Shown piece after piece: positions 57,189 to 64,000 of a DNA stretch of 64,000 nucleotides (within the stretch, counting starts at the first letter, position 1; the number at the start of each line of letters is the position of its first letter). The position numbers and the translations under genes are program-made. The DNA comes from a virus (lineage: Duplodnaviria; Caudoviricetes), in the IMG/VR virus record IMGVR_UViG_3300011832_000025; one strand, written 5' to 3'. The notes under the pieces were generated by a model. That model did not search any database and had not been told where the DNA came from. It saw only the letters and a list, made by a program, of their open reading frames with translations.

Positions 57189-57866
57189 ATGGCGATTAAA
57201 GAAAACACCCAGTTATTGCTTCAGGCGGCGCGGGAAGGCAACGCCGCGGAAGTTCAACGTCTGATTCCTGTGTCTTATCCGAAATTCAGCGAAAATGCGG
57301 CGTTGTGTTATGCCGCAAGATACGGCCACACCGAATGCGTCCGGCTATTGATTCCCGTATCGAACCCCTCTGCGAATGGAAGGGCGGCTTTGCGGGACGC
57401 CGCAGAACACGGCCACACCGAATGCGTTCGACTGCTCATTCCCGTCTCCAACCCCAAGGCGGAAAACAGCATGGCTTTGCGTTTGGCGGCGGAGCATGGG
57501 CACACGGAATGCGCGCGGTTGCTCATTCCCGTGTCCGAGCCCACCGCCGCTGAAAGCGTGGCCCTGTATTATGCGGTATACGGTGGCCACATCGAATGCG
57601 TCCGGCTGCTCATTCCTGTATCAAATCCAAAAGACAATACCAGTGTTGCTTTACGACAAGCTTGTCATAATAATGACGCAATCTGCATCGATCTGTTGTA
57701 TCCCGTCAGCGACCCGCATGAAGCTCTTCATCACATGCAAACGTATTACCCCGATGACGTGAATGCGTGGGAAGAGTTGGAACAACGTATTGCCCAAGAA
57801 CAAAGGCAAAAATTGAACAGCGAAATGGGTGAGGCCAAACCAACAGAAATAAAACGCAAAATGTGA
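57189..57866 (+). CDS. ankyrin-repeat protein (member 7)
   Basis: Same repeats; tail KRKM. Confidence 0.88.
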   Translation: MAIKENTQLLLQAAREGNAAEVQRLIPVSYPKFSENAALCYAARYGHTECVRLLIPVSNPSANGRAALRDAAEHGHTECVRLLIPVSNPKAENSMALRLAAEHGHTECARLLIPVSEPTAAESVALYYAVYGGHIECVRLLIPVSNPKDNTSVALRQACHNNDAICIDLLYPVSDPHEALHHMQTYYPDDVNAWEELEQRIAQEQRQKLNSEMGEAKPTEIKRKM

Positions 57867-57905
57867 TACAATCGGGAAACGCATTTTGCTCCCGAGACTT
57901 CTGGT

Positions 57906-58580
57906 ATGTCCATCGAAAAAAACACCCAATTGCTGGTCGACGCTGCGCGAAAAGGCCACAGCGCGGAAGTGTTGCGGCTTATCCCCATGTCCAATCCAAG
58001 CTACAATTACAACAGCGCTTTAAAAGAGGCGGCCCTGAAAGGCAAAACGGAATGTGTCAAATTGCTCATTCCCTTCTCCAATGTTAAAGACAACAACAAT
58101 GCTTTGTATTGGGCGGCAAGCAGAGGCCACACCGAATGTGTTCGCTTGCTCATTCCGGTGTCCGATCCCTGCGCCGATCAAAGTCACGCCTTAAGAATTG
58201 CTTCCGCAAACGGCCACACCCAATGTGTGAAGTTGCTCATTCCGGTAAGCGGGTCCAAAGCGCGACAAAATTTTGCCTTGCGCCTGGCGGCCACCAAAGG
58301 TCAAACGGCCTGTGTTGAATTGCTTATTCCTGTGTCCGACCCCAAAGTATTCGACAGTCAAGCTCTGCAAGAGGCTATTAAACACGACCACCCCGCCTGC
58401 GCGACTTTGCTTTATCCGGTCAGCGATCTTGCGCGCGCTTTGTGGGCTTTGCAACGCGATTACCCCAACCGAAGGGAAATCTGGGAAGATCTGGAACAAC
58501 GCATTGCCCAAGAGCAAAAGCAAAAATTGAACGAAGAGATTGGCGACGCGGGCGGGGGGAAAATCTCACGGAGAATGTGA
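57906..58580 (+). CDS. ankyrin-repeat protein (member 8)
   Basis: Same repeats; tail SRRM. Confidence 0.88.
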   Translation: MSIEKNTQLLVDAARKGHSAEVLRLIPMSNPSYNYNSALKEAALKGKTECVKLLIPFSNVKDNNNALYWAASRGHTECVRLLIPVSDPCADQSHALRIASANGHTQCVKLLIPVSGSKARQNFALRLAATKGQTACVELLIPVSDPKVFDSQALQEAIKHDHPACATLLYPVSDLARALWALQRDYPNRREIWEDLEQRIAQEQKQKLNEEIGDAGGGKISRRM

Positions 58581-58665
58581 TATACTGGACAAATTGACGT
58601 ACTGAAACCCACGAAAACTATAAATGCTGGTTGTCTTAACCCCCATCTATCGACAGGAACCCCGT

Positions 58666-59205
58666 ATGGCAAAAAGCGCCGCAAAAAACTACCAGTTGAA
58701 AGACGTGGTGGAATTCGCCCAAAACACATCTTCCACAAGTGTGCTGTCTTGGATGTTGGCTCGTGAACGGGACACGATCGAAAAAATAAACGAGTGGGAC
58801 GACATCACCCCCCCTGTTGAGGAAGTGTTGTTGGAAGCGTTGTGCATAGCGGTGAAGAAAAACGACCACCCAACCATGATTGTGTTGTATTCGCACAAAC
58901 GCGCCAAGCAAGTGTTAAAACACCCCATTCTCAAATCCCCGGTGCACCACGCCGGGCGCGAATTTTTCAAGGTGTTGGCCAGTTTGGTCAGCGCTCATCC
59001 CCCGCTCGCCCACCACATTGCGTCCTTATACGCTCCTTCTGTTGAGTTCAGTTACGACTGGCAAACACTCAGTCCCGCTATCGATAAAGTGCACACCGCC
59101 GTCCAAGATCTTTTCCCCTCCCACCAACAAAAGATGGCGTTGGTGCGCGCGGTCGTTCATCAAGCCCCCTCCTGTCCCCCGCCACCGCTTAAACGCAAAA
59201 TGTAA
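58666..59205 (+). CDS. hypothetical protein, tail KRKM
   Basis: RBS agga; ALCIAVKKND resembles the 59290 protein. Confidence 0.7.
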   Translation: MAKSAAKNYQLKDVVEFAQNTSSTSVLSWMLARERDTIEKINEWDDITPPVEEVLLEALCIAVKKNDHPTMIVLYSHKRAKQVLKHPILKSPVHHAGREFFKVLASLVSAHPPLAHHIASLYAPSVEFSYDWQTLSPAIDKVHTAVQDLFPSHQQKMALVRAVVHQAPSCPPPPLKRKM

Positions 59206-59289
59206 TGGGGATTTTCTGAATACCCCCAAACGTCACCACCCAAAGGCGCTTGGTCTGTGGTACACTGTTGCATCCAACCAGGAGGTGGT

Positions 59290-59787
59290 ATGTCCAATTT
59301 GTTGCAAACCATCACCAACAGTGTGTTTCCGCCCAGCGACCCCATTGTATTGTGCGCCGCGCTGGTTGGGGTGTACAAAAGTGCCGGCGCTCACCGCGCG
59401 GTGTTCGACAACCCCACCGAAGTGCCCGGGTTGGAGCTCACCCGCGCGTTGCAAATGGCGGTGCACCGCAATGACATTCCCTGCATTATTTTGCTGTTTT
59501 CCCAATCCCGCGCTGAGTATATTCTGCAAACCGAACAAGCTACCAGCCCCCGCCACAAAAAAGGCTTGAGGTTGTTGGCGCGCCTGCTGGAATTGCCCCC
59601 CACGGTTGTCTCCAACCTGTTCGCCGCCTTGTTGGACCCTGTTGGAAATCCCCCGCCCACGTTCGAGGAGCGGCAAGAGGGGTTTGTGCAAAGCGTGCGC
59701 ACCGCTTTGGCCACGCATGCGCAACACAAAAAACTCACCCGCGCGGTCACGCCCGTGGCCGGACACGAACGAATCAAAAAAATCTGA
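59290..59787 (+). CDS. hypothetical protein, tail IKKI
   Basis: RBS aggaggt; ALQMAVHRND. Confidence 0.7.
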   Translation: MSNLLQTITNSVFPPSDPIVLCAALVGVYKSAGAHRAVFDNPTEVPGLELTRALQMAVHRNDIPCIILLFSQSRAEYILQTEQATSPRHKKGLRLLARLLELPPTVVSNLFAALLDPVGNPPPTFEERQEGFVQSVRTALATHAQHKKLTRAVTPVAGHERIKKI

Positions 59788-59905
59788 GGAAAAAACAGAT
59801 TTTGGCGCCGTTGAGCGCAACTGAATGGGCTCCAACAGTGCCTCCCAAAGGACGGTAATGGGCGAAGACATGTGTTACACTTTACCTCCCTTTGAGGAGA
59901 TTGTG

Positions 59906-60310
59906 ATGAACGATTTCAATATTGATGAACCCAACACAGCCTCCCACAACACTCCGCCCGCCCTTGTGTTTAATTTGGTGGTTCTGTCCGAATTGGGCGG
60001 CGAAAAATACCTGTTTTTGGTGCCCAAATCGTTCAGCGACTGGGCGTTCGCCGCGCGCAGCCATTTCCCGGGCAATCAGCTCAGTTGTACGCTGACGCTG
60101 CCCCCCAATGTGGCCAACGATTTTGCGCCGCTGTTGATTGCGCCGTTGTCGCCCATTGAACTGAGCATTGGGTCGGCGGAAAACGGCGCCTATCTGGCTG
60201 TTAAGCGCTGCGTGAAGGTTTTTGAATATTACGGTGATGTGATGCAGTACGCGGCCCAAAACGGTTGGACGGTGGATGAGCGCAACGGGTATGATGGCCT
60301 AATTTTTTAA
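59906..60310 (+). CDS. hypothetical protein
   Basis: RBS gaggag. Confidence 0.65.
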   Translation: MNDFNIDEPNTASHNTPPALVFNLVVLSELGGEKYLFLVPKSFSDWAFAARSHFPGNQLSCTLTLPPNVANDFAPLLIAPLSPIELSIGSAENGAYLAVKRCVKVFEYYGDVMQYAAQNGWTVDERNGYDGLIF

Positions 60311-60322
60311 CAAGAGGTGAAT

Positions 60323-60571
60323 ATGAGTGATCAATACATTATCGTGTACCCAGGGGGCAATCGCCAGCGTCTGAGTATTGTGCGCGTGGAACAGAGCAGG
60401 ATGCACGAATTGGACGAATACGATCGCGCCTCCCGCCACCTGTTCCATGAAGCTCAAGAAGTGGTGTCTTACGCGCAATCGTTGGCGCTCAAACACAATC
60501 TGCCCTTGTCCAGCCGCGACGAGGAAATTCAAGAACTGTTGGGCAAAGAGGACGACGGTTTTTTGGATTAA
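60323..60571 (+). CDS. hypothetical protein
   Basis: RBS gaggtg. Confidence 0.65.
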   Translation: MSDQYIIVYPGGNRQRLSIVRVEQSRMHELDEYDRASRHLFHEAQEVVSYAQSLALKHNLPLSSRDEEIQELLGKEDDGFLD

Positions 60572-60633
60572 AACGCGGTTTGACACCCCAAAACGCTGCG
60601 TGGTAAAATTGCTCATCAAAAAATGAGGCGGAT

Positions 60634-60987
60634 ATGAAGTTCACAAGCAATTCGGTGAGTGTGGTGCAAATGGGGTTAGTGGGGTTGGCAATTTTGTCCC
60701 TGGTGTTGTCCACGCTGTGGTTTGCCCAACGTCAATCTGTTTTGCGAACATACGAAAAAGGCGCCGCCAGTGTGGCCGTGGTGTCTTCTCCCGATCCCGC
60801 TGTCCAACAGCTTGAAGAGCGGGTGACCCTGTGTGTGCAAAAAACCGCTTTTGCGTACGTCAGTGGACTGTCGCTGATGCGGGCCACCACTCAAAACACA
60901 CTGGAACACGGGCAACAAGCTTACAAAGACTGTTACAACCAACAAATTGATTGGGCGCAAACCGCCACCCAATTGCCGCGCTTGTAA
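60634..60987 (+). CDS. hypothetical protein with N-terminal TM segment
   Basis: RBS gagg; hydrophobic N-terminus. Confidence 0.65.
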   Translation: MKFTSNSVSVVQMGLVGLAILSLVLSTLWFAQRQSVLRTYEKGAASVAVVSSPDPAVQQLEERVTLCVQKTAFAYVSGLSLMRATTQNTLEHGQQAYKDCYNQQIDWAQTATQLPRL

Positions 60988-61034
60988 TCCCACCCCCCTC
61001 GTGATAAAATTCATTATTTGTTAAAGCGCCAACA

Positions 61035-61808
61035 ATGCCCTCCATTGCCCGCGAAATTGTACAAGCTGTCGCCACCGGAGACGAAGAGCTATTTGCCCAA
61101 CGTCTTTCTTTGGTGATCAACCAACACAGTTTTTTAGCCCACTGCGCATTGGACCATAACACCCCCGCGCACCACCGGATATTGGAGAAATTGGTTCCCC
61201 ATCTGTCTTCTAGGCACATCAGTGAATGCCTGCTGCGCGCGATTGAAACAGACAATCTGGGCGCGTTTGTGGTGTTGCTTCCTTCCTACGCCTCCACACA
61301 ACACAACAGCGAAGCGCTGCGCCACGCGGTTCAACACGTCCGCCCCCAAATGGTTGCAAATTTGCTGCCTGTGTCGGATTGTTCTGTGTACAATTTCTCC
61401 GCCGTGTGCGAAGCTGCCGCGGAGGGCCATTGGGGGATTGTGGAGTTATTGTTGGGCGTATGTTTGGCGGATCTGCCGCCACCAGTTACCAGGGAAATAT
61501 TGGAATACGCGGCCATTGATGGGCAGGCTCAATTGGTGCAGACATTCTTACCCACGGCGCCAACCCCACTGGACCCTCTGATCATGGTGAAGACCGCCCA
61601 ACAGGGGCATTGGGAAGTCGTTGCGGACTTGTACCCCCACAGTGATCTGCGGCACTTTAACACGCTATTGGAGAGTTTGCGCGCCCACCAGGAGTTGTCC
61701 GAAGCGGATTTTTTGGCGCTGAAATACCATCAGGAAAACCGAACCCAAAAACTTTTGCGCAAAGAAATTGCCAACAATGGGGTCCCGACCGCGCAACGAA
61801 AAATGTAA
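61035..61808 (+). CDS. divergent ankyrin-repeat protein, tail QRKM
   Basis: SEALRHAV, LLPVSD, AAAEGHWGIVELLL, LYPHSD. Confidence 0.75.
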   Translation: MPSIAREIVQAVATGDEELFAQRLSLVINQHSFLAHCALDHNTPAHHRILEKLVPHLSSRHISECLLRAIETDNLGAFVVLLPSYASTQHNSEALRHAVQHVRPQMVANLLPVSDCSVYNFSAVCEAAAEGHWGIVELLLGVCLADLPPPVTREILEYAAIDGQAQLVQTFLPTAPTPLDPLIMVKTAQQGHWEVVADLYPHSDLRHFNTLLESLRAHQELSEADFLALKYHQENRTQKLLRKEIANNGVPTAQRKM

Positions 61809-61851
61809 AGGAAGTCAAAAACAACACAGCCCCATCTGGGGCTGTGTTGCG

Positions 61852-62316
61852 TTACGCCATATAACTCACCACCTGCAGCGCTGGAGGGTCTGTGACTCCG
61901 ATGGCTTGAAGCAGCGGCAGACAGTTGGTGTTGTATGTGGCAATCTCTTGCGCCGTCGGCCCACTGTTGAGTTTGTTCTGAAAATCTTGAGGGGTGCTGA
62001 GCCCACCGTACCCCTTCGTCGCCAACAACACACCAAAACCATGGGTGTAGCCTGGCTCAAAGGTTGTGTTTTCACAGCGGCTGTCGGTGTCTTCCGCAAT
62101 CAGAATTCCTTGAGAAAGATTGTAGGAATCAAGCTGGAAGTGCGCCAGCAAGTCGTCAAACTCCTCCTCATCGAAGTCCTCCGCTTCAAAATCGTCCATG
62201 TCCACGTCCGCTTTATTTCGGGTAAACTCCCGTTGCATGTGTTCCATTAACTCCTGGCTTTGCTGGGGGGTCAACAGATGCCCGTAAATGACGTTGTTGG
62301 AAATGCCGTAGCCCAT
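61852..62316 (-). CDS. hypothetical acidic protein
   Basis: RBS gaggg; convergent hairpin at about 61823-61848. Confidence 0.65.
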   Translation of the reverse strand: MGYGISNNVIYGHLLTPQQSQELMEHMQREFTRNKADVDMDDFEAEDFDEEEFDDLLAHFQLDSYNLSQGILIAEDTDSRCENTTFEPGYTHGFGVLLATKGYGGLSTPQDFQNKLNSGPTAQEIATYNTNCLPLLQAIGVTDPPALQVVSYMA

Positions 62317-62530
62317 GATCTACCCTCTGTTGTTGGTGTGGTGCTATAATAGCACCACAGATCCCGCTGTGGGTGAAATTTTAAGCGCTGTTGGGGTGTG
62401 TTCATCTAAAGAGGGGCGTGGAGAAATCTCAAAAAGAAAGAAATTTTCAAATGAAAAATGTAAAGGATGGTTTCTTTGCAAACATCAGATTTGCGGTTAA
62501 AATCAAACGAGATCACCTAAAGAGACGTTA

Positions 62531-63664
62531 ATGAAAAAGTGGAAAACCCTACGGGGATCAGAGTTGAGCGAATTTGCCGCTACAGCGCGCGCCCAAGCCT
62601 TGGGTGCGGATTTTGCGCTGCATGTGGCCAAATACGGAACACAACAAGATTATCACACCTTCCTTAACACCTCAACCACACCACTTGACACCTGCACCGA
62701 ATATTTTTTGGCCTGGCCATCGGCTTCAAGCGCCTGGCTGATCTCCCATCTTAAAACCTCAAAAGATCCGTATTCACATTTAAACGCAGCACACCATATT
62801 CTTGCCAATGTGGAAACGCTGGCCGAAGAAAACTGCGATCCTTACGAAATATTGGCGTGTGTGGATTTTGCCAATATTCCCGAAGATGAAAATATAGGAA
62901 TGTTTCACGCCTTGGTGTATGCGGCCGCGTTTGACGTGATCAGAGACCATTGGGGCGTGTACGAGAAAGCCATACAAAATAATGTGGCAGAGAATGTTAT
63001 ATTTGCTGCTCAATGGGGCTTGGATATCCGCACGCGCGTGAATTGGGCGCCCGCCACTCCAGGTGAAACCCACGCGTATTTTACCGCCTGCTGCCGCGGC
63101 GGTTTGCTCTCGCGGGTCAAAGAATTGTCAATTGGTCCCCAAGAGCGACAACTGTTGCGCAAAAGTTTTGTGTTGTCCACCCCCAATCCTTACGCCCACG
63201 AAGTGTTGGAGCATTTGTGGGAGGCGTACCCCGATACGTATTGGCACCAAGAAGAGTTAATTTTGCGCTCAGCGTGCAAAATTGCCCAACCTTTGCGCCA
63301 AAAAGTCATCGAGCATTTTGTAAAACAGTCGCCTGCTCTTGCTCAACAGATATTAACCGAATTGGCGTGCGGTGCTGTTTCCAGTCGCAATAAAGATATA
63401 TACAAATCTGTATTTTCCTACATTCCAGTCGAAAATTATTCGCAACTGCTGCGCACCGCAATCGACCACCGCAGTAAAACGGTGTTAAAGCAATTGTTGC
63501 AACACTCTAAAACCTCAAAATTGTTTAATAAAGTATTGGGTGAGACCGAGCCGACCAATCATTGTTGGGCGTTAGAGGTGTTGGCCCAAGTTCAAAACAA
63601 AACGCTCACCCAATCCGTTGGCATGAAAAAAGGCACCTCCCCAGTTTCTCGCCGCAAAATCTAA
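62531..63664 (+). CDS. hypothetical helical protein, tail RRKI
   Basis: 377 aa ORF. Confidence 0.7.
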   Translation: MKKWKTLRGSELSEFAATARAQALGADFALHVAKYGTQQDYHTFLNTSTTPLDTCTEYFLAWPSASSAWLISHLKTSKDPYSHLNAAHHILANVETLAEENCDPYEILACVDFANIPEDENIGMFHALVYAAAFDVIRDHWGVYEKAIQNNVAENVIFAAQWGLDIRTRVNWAPATPGETHAYFTACCRGGLLSRVKELSIGPQERQLLRKSFVLSTPNPYAHEVLEHLWEAYPDTYWHQEELILRSACKIAQPLRQKVIEHFVKQSPALAQQILTELACGAVSSRNKDIYKSVFSYIPVENYSQLLRTAIDHRSKTVLKQLLQHSKTSKLFNKVLGETEPTNHCWALEVLAQVQNKTLTQSVGMKKGTSPVSRRKI

Positions 63665-63816
63665 ATATCACCCTATTTTTTGTGCCGAAAAATATAATAT
63701 TGGACAGGAAATTCGGCGAATTTGTCTTTATCCAACCGAAAAGGTCTTAGGAAATTAAGTTGACACCAATTTGACCGATGTGATACTCTGTGACCCTCTT
63801 AAAAAGTGGAGGCGGC

Positions 63817-64000
63817 ATGAAATTCTTTCTAGCTCTTGCGGTGGCAATTCTGGCGTCCGTGGCCAGCGCACAACCTCAGGACATCGAGACCCGTTCGTCG
63901 GCAGGCGATCCCGTTCATGTGCAATTTGTGTTGACCAAAACCATCAATGGGGAATCGACGGTGCTCGCCAGTCAACTGGTGGAAGTCAATGACCTCAATC
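63817..64000 (+). CDS. secreted protein, 3' truncated by window edge
   Basis: RBS ggagg; MKFFLALAVAILASVASAQPQ...; upstream TTGACA and TGTGATACTCT promoter-like motifs. Confidence 0.65.
   Translation, partial: MKFFLALAVAILASVASAQPQDIETRSSAGDPVHVQFVLTKTINGESTVLASQLVEVNDLN

Noticed and set aside
51846-58580. CRISPR-like periodic repeats
   Set aside because: The periodicity is coding ankyrin repeats with synonymous variation; no repeat-spacer pattern or cas genes
33402-58580. Integron cassettes or a diversity-generating retroelement behind the arrays
   Set aside because: No attC-like repeats, integrase, reverse transcriptase or adenine-specific template/variable repeat pair seen
1-64000. Genome-wide stop-codon reassignment suggested by the in-frame UGA and the UUA-like tRNA
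   Set aside because: Genes are full length in the standard code and end in TGA, TAA or TAG at homologous positions (e.g. ankyrin tails)
1-64000. Definite phage versus plasmid assignment
   Set aside because: No structural, terminase, replication, partition or conjugation genes are recognisable in this window

Overview
A gene-dense 64 kb stretch of a large mobile replicon (jumbo phage or megaplasmid-like element; no capsid, replication or conjugation genes in the window, so the type cannot be fixed). The host is probably a Gram-negative proteobacterium, inferred from the OM beta-barrel, entericidin and TesA-like genes. Recognisable genes: the end of a ter-associated stress module (StiP/PELOTA-like, HpcH/citrate-lyase-like), CysRS, an N6-adenine DNA methyltransferase, two short release-factor homologues (PrfH, and an RF1-like gene with an in-frame UGA), MYG1, two tandem nucleotidyltransferase-like genes and envelope genes. 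There are two large paralog arrays: 13 two-TM 'LPxxWW' proteins and 8-9 ankyrin proteins. A 15-gene tRNA array (43.4-50.3 kb) is invaded by three homing-type endonuclease genes. Most notable: (1) the array sits behind a promoter, leader ORF and antiterminator/terminator switch; (2) three tRNAs are interrupted by an unrecognised 60-115 nt structured repeat that also nests into itself; (3) several tRNAs have swapped bodies or 8-nt anticodon loops; (4) the RF1-like gene needs UGA readthrough; (5) about 20 proteins from several unrelated families share a basic C-terminal tail ([K/R]-x-K-[M/I]). All calls come from reading the sequence; no database searches were run.
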